Part shown: positions 27,053 through 35,465 of the stretch, in pieces
Layout of the letters: every line of letters begins with the position of its first letter
How positions within the stretch are numbered: the stretch's first letter is position 1
Virus record (IMG/VR): IMGVR_UViG_3300035492_000206
Reading direction: 5' to 3' (one strand)
DNA length: 64,000 nucleotides
Source of the DNA: a virus
Made by a program: the position numbers and the translations under genes
Notes under the pieces: generated by a model
Told to the model about the DNA's origin: nothing
The model's input: the letters and a program-made list of their open reading frames with translations, nothing else
Database searches by the model: none

Positions 27053-27942
27053 GACGTTATGGCCTCCATGCTCACAGCCACCGGATCAATGCAGTCAGAT
27101 GTGACCGCTTTGGGTTGCAGGTGGCGCTGCCGAAAATGGAATAGCGACGCATCATCCAACAGGATGCGGTTCTGGCTATCCAGGCCAAGCTCGCGGCGGG
27201 CAGCCAGTGACTGGTCAGGCGTCATCTTGGGGTTCAGTGAGACGACATACCAGCGGCCCGTCGCACGGCCAATGCCTGAATCTTTGATTGCGTCAATCTG
27301 CAGCTGAATGCTTGGCGTGATCGAGAGGGGGCGAAGTTCGAGCATGCGGAAAAGAACAAATTGCTTTAGAGGGGCGGTTAGTACGTCTTGAGCATCAAAT
27401 TCATCAAAGTCATACCCGGTTACTAGCAGTTGATCAGCAATGCGATGCAATGCGACCGGGTAGATGCATCGCCACCGCGCCTGATCATTCTTTTTCCTGC
27501 CTACATAGCGCACCGAGAAGGCTTTTTTGTGCACCATTGCGTGAAGCAGGGGGGTGTAATCGACCTCATCAGGGAGGCGCTGCGCCCGAATCTTGCCGTA
27601 CTGAACGCTGAGGCTTCCCACAACGCCTGGCGCATCATCAATATCAAGCCCAGCCTGCAGCCGTGTGATGGGGCTAAACAGGATCTCATTCAGGATGGAG
27701 TTGGCGCTGTTCGGGTCTCGTGTATCCAGGGCGACATAACTATGGGGCCGGTAGCAGCGTTTGTCCTGATAAATCAAGTTGCTGTAGGCCGAGCACATCT
27801 GATTGAGAAGGCGATACTTCGTTGCAGCCGAGCCCTCACTGATGCCGTCCAGATCACTTCGGCGGAACTGACCGGTGTGGATTGTCCGGCGCAAAACGTA
27901 GCGTTCGATCATGTCCTGTTGGTAGATAGTTGCAGATGACAA
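27049..27942 (-). CDS. WYL-domain transcriptional regulator (BrxR/CapW-like)
   Basis: LLHAMVHKKAFSVRYVG...RCIYPVALH...LLVTGYD...QFVLFRM is the WYL core. SLNPKMTPDQ..ARRELGL is a CapW-like C-terminus. TTG start with GAGGAG SD. ATGA-coupled to cas3. Confidence 0.75.
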   Translation of the reverse strand: MSSATIYQQDMIERYVLRRTIHTGQFRRSDLDGISEGSAATKYRLLNQMCSAYSNLIYQDKRCYRPHSYVALDTRDPNSANSILNEILFSPITRLQAGLDIDDAPGVVGSLSVQYGKIRAQRLPDEVDYTPLLHAMVHKKAFSVRYVGRKKNDQARWRCIYPVALHRIADQLLVTGYDFDEFDAQDVLTAPLKQFVLFRMLELRPLSITPSIQLQIDAIKDSGIGRATGRWYVVSLNPKMTPDQSLAARRELGLDSQNRILLDDASLFHFRQRHLQPKAVTSDCIDPVAVSMEAITS

Positions 27943-28017
27943 GTTCCAATCTCCTCAAAAAGATAATTCACTTAAAACCATAGAGTTAAATATATATCAA
28001 AATGAAAAATAAAAGAA

Positions 28018-28046
28018 TTGCCACAGGATGAAAATAACTCTAGTCT
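28018..28046 (+). promoter_or_regulatory. Putative sigma70 promoter of the csy operon in the AT-rich divergent spacer
   Basis: TTGCCA (28018-28023), 17 nt spacer, TAGTCT (28041-28046). Confidence 0.55.
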
Positions 28047-28111
28047 AGTGCTCATCGAACAAGCAACGGGAGGATGGCGCGGAGTCATGGACACCAGCGC
28101 CGGGCAAAAGA

Positions 28112-29239
28112 ATGAAAAACTCAGAGCAGCAAAGCGCGCTATCCAACTGGATACTGGACAACCTGGTGCATTTCTCGAACAAGCTCACAAACTCAAACGC
28201 ACCGGGGGGCGGTATTCGGCTGTCAGGCATACAGGCCCTTGACCTGCCTTACGTGAGTGCACGAACGCACCTGCACGACATCAACCGTAAAGCGACCGGG
28301 GCACTTATTGAGCTGGATTACGTAAAGCCCACAAATATCCGGATGAAGGATGTTCGGGTATGCCTGGGCGAGGAAGTCATCAACCCGCCAGAGCTTGATC
28401 TTGCTAAGGATCAGATGAGCGAAGTTGCCGGTGTGTACTTGGATGCAGCATCAGGCCGGCATCCCTGCAAAGTTGCCGACCCGAAGGCACAGACTTTGTC
28501 GCGGCTGAAGCAGATTCTATTGCCACTACCTGAGGATGAGGCTTATTTGGCGGTAAGCCCGCTCAGTGCAGCAGGCATGGCAAAGCTGCTCAATGACACC
28601 TACGCCGCGCGCTTCGACCAGAGCGAGCAGGGCGACAATGGAAAAGGCTTGATCCCCAGGGTGCGTTCATTTCCCTATGGCGGAGACAAGCCGCAGAACG
28701 TGGGCTCTCGCGTCAATGAAGGCTTGAGCCGTCCATTCGTGTTTGATCGCGTGCCCCGTGAAAATGATGACCTGAAATACGCGCATCGCCTGTTTTATCG
28801 TGGCCTAACCTTGCGACTGCCTAAAGCGCTAATCATGGACTACAAGTCATTCCTCGACAGCGTGCGCAGAGAAGGGCGCGACTTGAAGGTATGGCCTGCC
28901 TCGCTCAAGCGTGCAGAGCGTGCCTATCTGCAGCCTCTATGGGGGAGCTGGGAGAATCAGGCCAGAAAGGCTAGGCGCGTACTGGAAGAACACGCAGCTT
29001 CACTGCCGGATTCAAATCCCGCATGGCATGGCGAGACCGAAGAAGCCCGGTTTCAGGCTGGGTGGTTGATGCCTTCAGCGCGAGGGCATGAGTGGAAGAA
29101 ACAAGCAGCTCGCCGATTTGCCAGCCTGCTTTCAGCCAGTCGTGTCGCTGCCGGGCGTGACGGCGAGTCTGGACGGATCGCGTTGAGCCCTACCGATCAG
29201 CACCGCGTTGCCAGTGCAGTCCTGGAGGGCTTCAGATGA
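28112..29239 (+). CDS. csy1: Cas8f (Csy1), divergent
   Basis: KQILLPLPEDEAYLAVSPLSAAG and YGGDKPQNVG motifs. First gene of the csy operon. Confidence 0.82.
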   Translation: MKNSEQQSALSNWILDNLVHFSNKLTNSNAPGGGIRLSGIQALDLPYVSARTHLHDINRKATGALIELDYVKPTNIRMKDVRVCLGEEVINPPELDLAKDQMSEVAGVYLDAASGRHPCKVADPKAQTLSRLKQILLPLPEDEAYLAVSPLSAAGMAKLLNDTYAARFDQSEQGDNGKGLIPRVRSFPYGGDKPQNVGSRVNEGLSRPFVFDRVPRENDDLKYAHRLFYRGLTLRLPKALIMDYKSFLDSVRREGRDLKVWPASLKRAERAYLQPLWGSWENQARKARRVLEEHAASLPDSNPAWHGETEEARFQAGWLMPSARGHEWKKQAARRFASLLSASRVAAGRDGESGRIALSPTDQHRVASAVLEGFR

Positions 29240-30120
29240 ACAAGCGTTATCTATTGCTTCCACGACTGGATGTGCAGCGCGCAAACGCAATGGTGACTGC
29301 GGGTGTGATCTCACTATGTCCTGTCATGCCAGCAGTGCTCATGGGCGAGGCTTTCGGACATGCAACAGGTGCGTTCCCAGAAGGGGTGATGCTTGTCCAC
29401 CATGACGCTTACCTGCTGGCTGATCAAAGCCTTGACCAAGCCCGACCGGGTGGCACTGAGTACTATCCGCATCAATTCCGGGGCGCGACAGCGTTCAACG
29501 GTAAAGATATAGCGGGTGGTGACAAGAAAACACCATCCAACTCGATCCAGCCAACGGCCAGCATGAATGGCACCTGGTCAGTGATCATGTCATTCGACGC
29601 AGATCAGATTGATGCCGACAGTCTGCTGTCAGCCGCAACGCAATTTCTTGGACGTATGGCACGGCTTGCCGGTGGCGTGATTACACACTTTGAAAAGCCT
29701 CAGGTGCAAGATGATCTGGCGGGTATTCTTGCTGCATGCCGAAGTGGTTTTGTGGCTATCGACCGGTCGCCTTGGCTGGTATCGGACACACAGACGCGCA
29801 TCGAGCGTTTGCTGGCGCACACCGATGGAAGCGTTCAGCCCGAGCATCAGGGAAGGCGTCGCTGGCTGGTCCCGGCTGCTCTGGGGTATGCCCTGCTAAC
29901 AGATCCTGTCGATACGGCTGGCGCGCGTAATGGCTTGCCCCATGCGTTCGCAGAAGTGCTCCTGGGGTTGGTGGAGCTGGTCAGCATCCGGCAAACATCC
30001 GCTTTCCCCACGCAAAACGAAACACAGGATATAACACTGATTGAATCATGCTTTTGGCGGCAAAACTGGCCAACACAAGACGTTTTTTTATTGAATCAAG
30101 AGGAGCCCAGCAATGGCTAA
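29236..30120 (+). CDS. csy2: Cas5f (Csy2)
   Basis: LLLPRLDVQRANA, RLAGGVI, WLVPAALGYALL, RNGLPHAFAE.LLGLVE. Confidence 0.88.
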   Translation: MNKRYLLLPRLDVQRANAMVTAGVISLCPVMPAVLMGEAFGHATGAFPEGVMLVHHDAYLLADQSLDQARPGGTEYYPHQFRGATAFNGKDIAGGDKKTPSNSIQPTASMNGTWSVIMSFDADQIDADSLLSAATQFLGRMARLAGGVITHFEKPQVQDDLAGILAACRSGFVAIDRSPWLVSDTQTRIERLLAHTDGSVQPEHQGRRRWLVPAALGYALLTDPVDTAGARNGLPHAFAEVLLGLVELVSIRQTSAFPTQNETQDITLIESCFWRQNWPTQDVFLLNQEEPSNG

Positions 30121-31186
30121 AGTAATGGCAAAACTACCCGGTGTAACCAGCTTCACCCGTCGCAGTGTGATCAGCGATGGCGCATTTTACAGTCTTGTTG
30201 ACGGGGTTGAAGTACCCCTGCCGGTTGTGCGTCACGGAATTCGTGGCACTCAGAACATCAATAACACAAAGGAGCGCGAACCCTCGCAGATCCAGGTAAC
30301 TGAAACAGCGCGCACAGAAGTGAATGCCGACGCCTTCCTGGTGCGGTTCAATCTGCGCTTTCTGCCGCTACAAGAAGGCTTGCACGCGTGTGCGGTCAAT
30401 AAGCAGACCGACAAGGCGTTAACAGAGGCGCTGCGGGCGCAATACGAGGCATTCGTGAGCGCTGCCCGCAACAGTGATGGCTTGGCTGAGGTGTCTCTTC
30501 GCACCGCGCGGAATATCCTCAATGGTCGCTGGCTCTGGCGCAACCGTAGCCTGGGCGAAGCAATCGAGATCAGCGCCAGTACGCAGGACAAGCGCATAAA
30601 CATAGACGGGTTTGATGCGCTTGAGCTGCCGCTGAATGCCTTTGGCGATTACACCCGTGAAGAGCAGCAGCTGGGTGACTACATTCAGCACATGCTTCAG
30701 GGCGAAGCCACTGGCGGCATGACGATTGAAGCGCGCGTAAGCCTTGGGTTCACGGGATCGGTCGAAGTATTCCCCTCGCAGAACTATGTGTCCAAAAAGC
30801 CCAAAGGCTTTGCCCGGCCACTGTATAAGCTGGGAGTGGCCGACAAGTCGCGCACGTTTACTACCGCTGATGACATGCTGGATTACAGTGATATTCGGCG
30901 CATAGGGCAGGCTGCACTGCGTGACCAGAAGATTGGCAATGCGCTGCGCACCATTGATACCTGGTATCCAGACGCGCAGGCGCATGGCTATCGCCCGATT
31001 CCGGTTGAGCCAGAAGGTGCAAACTTGGACTCAATGTCCATGCTGCGCAAGCACAAAGGCGCAAACAGCCCGTCTGCATTTGCACTGGCAACGCGCATGG
31101 CCGAGCTTGACCCAAACAGCGCAGACGGCATGTTCCTGATCGCTGCCTTGATGCGTGGCGGCGTATATGGCGAAGCAGGCGAATAA
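30113..31186 (+). CDS. csy3: Cas7f (Csy3)
   Basis: VRHGIRGTQN, NILNGRWLWRN, EVFPSQ and QKIGNALRTIDTWY. Confidence 0.95.
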   Translation: MAKVMAKLPGVTSFTRRSVISDGAFYSLVDGVEVPLPVVRHGIRGTQNINNTKEREPSQIQVTETARTEVNADAFLVRFNLRFLPLQEGLHACAVNKQTDKALTEALRAQYEAFVSAARNSDGLAEVSLRTARNILNGRWLWRNRSLGEAIEISASTQDKRINIDGFDALELPLNAFGDYTREEQQLGDYIQHMLQGEATGGMTIEARVSLGFTGSVEVFPSQNYVSKKPKGFARPLYKLGVADKSRTFTTADDMLDYSDIRRIGQAALRDQKIGNALRTIDTWYPDAQAHGYRPIPVEPEGANLDSMSMLRKHKGANSPSAFALATRMAELDPNSADGMFLIAALMRGGVYGEAGE

Positions 31187-31216
31187 TGAGGCCCTTGAAA
31201 AGAACGGAGGAAGCCG

Positions 31217-31810
31217 GTGCCCAGCTGGCGTCGGCGACACATGATGAAGCACTACATGGATATTCGATTGATACCTTCCGCAGGCATGACGCCCCCAACA
31301 CTGGCGGCAGAGGTGGTCAAGAAAGTACATGCATGCCTTCAGGTACACCCTGGTGCCATCGCGCTCGCACTGCCTGAGTGCGCAGCCGGACCGGATCGCA
31401 AGATCGGCACGCTGGTCAGGTTATTTGCCACGGACGCAAGTCACTTGAATGCGACTGCAGACGAAATTGAGGCACATAAGGCAATCAGTGGCATGGCGGT
31501 TCCAACGCGTATCCGCGAAGTACCCGCCGAGACTACACGGTGGGTAGCATACACGCGTTTCAGGCTGCCAAATCGACGCCGACAGGCCAAAGACACCGAT
31601 GCCTTTGCAGTCAGGCGGCAGCAGCTACGCGCCGAGCGCATGGCGGTCATCGACACACTGCCCACGCTGTATATGTCATCTGCCACCAATGGGCATCGCT
31701 ATGGCATGGGTATTCAGGTGGTGGAGTGCGACCATGCGTCACCACAGGGCACTCTTAATGGTTACGGACTATCCAGTCAATCAAGCCCGTTCTGGCTACC
31801 GATGGTATGA
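31217..31810 (+). CDS. cas6f: Cas6f (Csy4) crRNA endonuclease
   Basis: HYMDIRL...VKKVH (catalytic His), Arg-rich helix, LYMSSATNGHRY and C-terminal GTLNGYGLS. Start is GTG 31217 or ATG 31241. Confidence 0.9.
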   Translation: MPSWRRRHMMKHYMDIRLIPSAGMTPPTLAAEVVKKVHACLQVHPGAIALALPECAAGPDRKIGTLVRLFATDASHLNATADEIEAHKAISGMAVPTRIREVPAETTRWVAYTRFRLPNRRRQAKDTDAFAVRRQQLRAERMAVIDTLPTLYMSSATNGHRYGMGIQVVECDHASPQGTLNGYGLSSQSSPFWLPMV

Positions 31811-31944
31811 CGTACCCAAAAAAAACGACCAAGGTGCAACTCAATGATATCAGTGCGTTTTTTCAGGGTGTGTTTTTTATGGGTAAATTGGCGGGAGGAC
31901 CGATTGCGCTTGTGTAATCACGGCCTTATAGTGAAATCGCTGTA
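31811..31944 (+). promoter_or_regulatory. CRISPR leader with its own sigma70 promoter
   Basis: A and T tracts as in I-F leaders. TTGCGC (31904-31909), 17 nt spacer, TATAGT (31927-31932), ending 12 nt before repeat 1. Confidence 0.7.
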
Positions 31945-32452
31945 CTTCACCGCCGTGTAGGCGGCTTAGAAATCGAAACCATGCGTCTGCGATCTCCTGC
32001 CGGTCTTCACCGCCGTGTAGGCGGCTTAGAAACCTGTCTGGCACCTTCTCGCTTGATTCAGCCCCTTCACCGCCGTGTAGGCGGCTTAGAAATGAGATGG
32101 GACACCCTCAAGGCGGGGCCTTACCTTCACCGCCGTGTAGGCGGCTTAGAAAATACGCGCCTGCGTCTCTGCGGCTTGCTCCAGCTTCACCGCCGTGTAG
32201 GCGGCTTAGAAAGTTCCAGCGTGGTTTCATCAAGCCGGACGTTCCTTCACCGCCGTGTAGGCGGCTTAGAAAAGCATCGATTTAGCACCGCTTCTTGCGG
32301 CATCCTTAACCGCCGTGTAGGCGGTTTAGAAATCGCAGAGCGCACGCAGGCTGTTGAGGCTTGCTTTCACCGCCGCGTAGGCGGTTTAGAAAAACGAGAA
32401 GGCCGAAGTGGGTATCAACCTGCACTTCACCGCCGCATAGGCGGATTACTTG
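31945..32452 (+). CRISPR. Type I-F CRISPR array: 9 repeats (28 bp, CTTCACCGCCGTGTAGGCGGCTTAGAAA) and 8 spacers of 32 bp
   Basis: Exact 60-bp period, repeats starting at 31945, 32005 ... 32425. Repeats 1-6 are identical and 7-9 progressively degenerate. CCGCC-GTGTA-GGCGG hairpin typical of Cas6f substrates. Confidence 0.98.
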
Positions 32453-32709
32453 CAGGTAGTTGAATGCAGGTCATGACTGGCCTGCATAGCCTGCCAGCTC
32501 TCGGGGGTTGTACCGGTCATGGCGGCAATGCTGCCCGCCAATCCGACATCGCACGGCACGTTACCGCCAATGAATGCTTGCAGGAGTGCAGCATCAACAG
32601 CCATCTGCCGGGATGCTTCGGTCAAGCTCAAGCCCAGCGGGTCGAGTACGTCAGCCTTGAGCGCAATGCCAGGATGAACCGGCTTGCGGGTACGAATGCG
32701 ATTATTCAT
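32446..32709 (-). CDS. higA: HigA-family HTH antitoxin (orphan)
   Basis: PVHPGIALKADVLDPLGLSLTEASRQM...GTTPESWQAMQASHDL is the HigA signature. Confidence 0.85.
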   Translation of the reverse strand: MNNRIRTRKPVHPGIALKADVLDPLGLSLTEASRQMAVDAALLQAFIGGNVPCDVGLAGSIAAMTGTTPESWQAMQASHDLHSTTCK

Positions 32710-32912
32710 ATTTCGAGATCCTTGAATAGCGCGTTGGCACTGTCAAACCGCTTCCCTATGCCGGATTCCAGCTCATCCATCGCGCAAACGGTGATTGCGG
32801 CTGGAGTCTGCGGAGTATCGGCTGAGAATGACCGGGACGGCTGGCGTTCACCACGGTGAATTTCGTCCATCCGCTGCACGCTTTCCATCAGGTCATCAAA
32901 AAAACGGCTCAT
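32706..32912 (-). CDS. Chimeric antitoxin-like peptide (HTH-antitoxin-type N-terminus, RelB/DinJ-type C-terminus)
   Basis: MSRFFDDLMESVQRMDEIHRGERQPSR joined to PAAITVCAMDELESGIGKRFDSANALFKDLEI. ATG at 32912, ATGA-coupled to higA. Confidence 0.55.
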   Translation of the reverse strand: MSRFFDDLMESVQRMDEIHRGERQPSRSFSADTPQTPAAITVCAMDELESGIGKRFDSANALFKDLEI

Positions 32913-32946
32913 GGCAGTTAGCTCTTTTGCGATCGTATGAAGCCAT

Positions 32947-32975
32947 AGTGTATGCACCAGGCGAGAAACAGGCAA
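32947..32975 (-). promoter_or_regulatory. Sigma70 promoter of the antitoxin pair
   Basis: TTGCCT (32975-32970), 17 nt spacer, TACACT (32952-32947). Confidence 0.65.
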
Positions 32976-33011
32976 TGGGACGATTTGCACCCCTGATCTG
33001 GTTTGTTAACC

Positions 33012-33052
33012 GGAAACTCCCCACCTTCAAAGCCATGGCGCTGGCGCACAAT
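33012..33052 (+). promoter_or_regulatory. Putative phage late promoter (GGAAA-N30-CACAAT) for the portal operon
   Basis: GGAAA at 33012, CACAAT at 33047. Confidence 0.65.
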
Positions 33053-33059
33053 CAGCGTC

Positions 33060-34601
33060 ATGGCTACCAAATCCAAAACGCAGCGACGCGGCATATTCTC
33101 CTCTCTGTTCGGCGGCAATACCAAAGCTTACACAGACGAGACAGCGTCAGCGAGCGACATTAAACAGTCGGATACCACCCTATACGGCGCGGGCATGACC
33201 ACGGTCGCCAGTTTGATGGCGTCCGGAAATCGCAAGGCTCGCACCCGTCAAGCCATCTATGACCAATGGTCGATGATGGAGGCGAACCCGATTGTATCCA
33301 CGTCCGTTCAACTGCTGGTGACAGCTGCGCTGGGCGGGCATGAGACCAACGGTAGCCTGGTGTTCATCGAGGAGCGGCCCGGATTCAACGACGATCAGAA
33401 AATGTCGGATTTGGTGCGTGAAGTGCGGGACGACCTTTCCGATCTGTTCAATGCAGTGGCGTTTCAGGTGGCGTATCTTGGGGCTAACTTTGGCGATGCC
33501 TACGCGCGCGTTTACAGCGAAGACAAAAAGGGTGTTGTCGACCTGTACGTGGGTGAAATGATCCGTCCGCCGCTGGTGCAGCCATTCGAGCGCGGCTCCC
33601 GCACGGTGGGCTTTGCGGTCTACACCGGTGAGAAGAACTTTCAGCGCCTCGATAAAACCCAGATGGTGCGCATGAAGATGCCGCGCACGCAATGGATTCC
33701 CCAGCACGGCGTGGTCGAAAAGTCGCTGAAACTTGCGCTTGAAGAGGACAATATCGACAACCTGCCGCTTATGCCCGCCATGGCCGGCGGTTCGCTGCTT
33801 TATGCTGCCGAAGAGCCCTATAACAACCTGGTGTCGAGCCTGCTGGGGCTGGTGGGCCAGCGCTGGATGGACTCCATCGATGAGCAGATGCTTACTGTCA
33901 ACCTGAATGACATGAGCAAGGCGCACCAGAAAAAGTTCATCGAATCGATCACGGCAATGCTCAAGCGCTCGAAAGAAGTGGCTGAGGATGCGGTTAAGGG
34001 TGGACGCCCAATCCTGGAGCGCATTCGGCACGTCATCCCTGTGTTCGGTGACAAGCAGCTCACGACTATTCAGGCGCCCAACGGTGGCCAACCGGGCCGC
34101 GCGGCCAATATCGGCATCGAAGACATCATGCTGCATGCGCGATTGCTGGCCGGTGCGCTGGGTGTCGATCTATCCATGGTCGGCTTTGCTGATCAGATGA
34201 GCGGCGGCTTGGGGGAGGGCGGCTTCTTCCGTACCAGTGCCCAAGTGGCTGAGCGCGCGCGCGTCATCCGCGTAGCCCTGTCCGAATTCTTCAATCACGT
34301 CATCGACATTCACACGCTGAAGAAATACGGCGTTGTGATCCCTGCATCCGAGCGGCCTTGGCAGATCAATTTCTTCGGCTCCATATCGGCGCTTGAGGCC
34401 GAGAAGCAGCGCACCCGCTCCGAAGGCATGAGTGTGGGCTTGATGCTGATTCAGGCCATTCAGCAGCTCAAGGATATGGGTGTCAGTGAGGAGATGGCAG
34501 CCAACTACCTGACTGACCTGATGCAGCTGGATGAAGAGCAGGCCAAGCTGTATGCAAAAACCGTTGCGGCACCGAAGGATGACGATGATGGGTATGTTTG
34601 A
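33060..34601 (+). CDS. Portal protein, P1 Prt-like
   Basis: GIEDIMLHARLLAGALGVDLSMVGFADQMSGGLGEGGFFRT matches the P1 Prt motif as I recall it. ATG at 33060. Confidence 0.85.
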   Translation: MATKSKTQRRGIFSSLFGGNTKAYTDETASASDIKQSDTTLYGAGMTTVASLMASGNRKARTRQAIYDQWSMMEANPIVSTSVQLLVTAALGGHETNGSLVFIEERPGFNDDQKMSDLVREVRDDLSDLFNAVAFQVAYLGANFGDAYARVYSEDKKGVVDLYVGEMIRPPLVQPFERGSRTVGFAVYTGEKNFQRLDKTQMVRMKMPRTQWIPQHGVVEKSLKLALEEDNIDNLPLMPAMAGGSLLYAAEEPYNNLVSSLLGLVGQRWMDSIDEQMLTVNLNDMSKAHQKKFIESITAMLKRSKEVAEDAVKGGRPILERIRHVIPVFGDKQLTTIQAPNGGQPGRAANIGIEDIMLHARLLAGALGVDLSMVGFADQMSGGLGEGGFFRTSAQVAERARVIRVALSEFFNHVIDIHTLKKYGVVIPASERPWQINFFGSISALEAEKQRTRSEGMSVGLMLIQAIQQLKDMGVSEEMAANYLTDLMQLDEEQAKLYAKTVAAPKDDDDGYV

Positions 34602-35463
34602 TTCGATCTCATCGAGCATCGGAGGCCGTGACGTTGTTGGCGGTGCTGTGCGCTCTACCCAGCAGGGCATACAGGCCATTGGCGGCAGTGCTGGTGCGTA
34701 TGGCGTGATCCCCGGCGCAATCGGCAACCGTGCAGCCAGCGAGCTGGGCACGGCAATTGGCCGTGCTGCAGACCGCATACCTCCGGGCGTTCGCGACGCC
34801 ATCAATATCGGCAACCAGGCGGCACAGATCTTTCAGGATCAGGGCTTCGAGGGCGTGCTGGCCAATGCAATCTATGGTCAGTTTGATGGCATTACCGGCG
34901 GTGGACGTGGCGGTTCTGGCCGTTACATGGGTACGCCTACGCCCTTGTATGGCGGTATTACACCGAAGGAAGCCAAGGCGATTCATCAAGAGACTATTGG
35001 CACAAGGCGCAGCAAGAAAAACCTGTTTCTGGTGCGCGTTTCCAGTCCGCTGATGGGCGATGTTTCGAGCGAGTTCAACCTGTTCTGCACTGATATCGAG
35101 CATGGTCCTGTCACCATTACCGGCGACAAGCACAAGGTTGGTACCGCCGTTGTTGATGGCGTATCCGGTACCGAAGTGGACGAGATCCGAATGACCACGC
35201 TGGATGATCAGCGCGGCACTATCCGCAACTGGTTTGAGCAGCATTCAGCGGCGGCGGCATCGGTGGACGGCACCGTAGGCGTGCCTGCTGAGTATGCAAT
35301 CACTATCGAAATCCTGCATTCATTCGTGACCGATTTGGGCGGCTTCAAAACTAAAGGCCTGTTCCGGCCGGTTAGCTACGAGATATCCCTGTCACGGCGC
35401 GACGATGCGCTTGAAGAGGTGCAGATGACCTTCACCCAGCTTGATACCTTCATGAGGCCCTGA
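34588..35463 (+). CDS. Tail-tube initiator protein (P1 Tub-like)
   Basis: Gly-rich N-terminus, then FCTDIEHGPVTI...EIRMTTLDDQRGTIRNWF...DGTVGVPAEY. Confidence 0.6.
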   Translation: MGMFDSISSSIGGRDVVGGAVRSTQQGIQAIGGSAGAYGVIPGAIGNRAASELGTAIGRAADRIPPGVRDAINIGNQAAQIFQDQGFEGVLANAIYGQFDGITGGGRGGSGRYMGTPTPLYGGITPKEAKAIHQETIGTRRSKKNLFLVRVSSPLMGDVSSEFNLFCTDIEHGPVTITGDKHKVGTAVVDGVSGTEVDEIRMTTLDDQRGTIRNWFEQHSAAAASVDGTVGVPAEYAITIEILHSFVTDLGGFKTKGLFRPVSYEISLSRRDDALEEVQMTFTQLDTFMRP

Positions 35464-35465
35464 GC

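Noticed and set aside
32093-32124. Spacer 3 reads EMGHPQGGAL, resembling RT GxPQG or protease GELGHP motifs
   Set aside because: Several frames are open and the resemblance is too loose to name a target without a search.
24062-32452. Possibility that the cas locus is a Tn7-associated I-F3 CAST
   Set aside because: No tnsABC or tniQ, cas8 and cas5 are separate genes, and an intact cas3 is present.
31981-32463. 160-aa ORF (and 32097-32285) across the array
   Set aside because: Artefact of the 60-bp period (repeating LHRRVGGLE). Not a protein gene.
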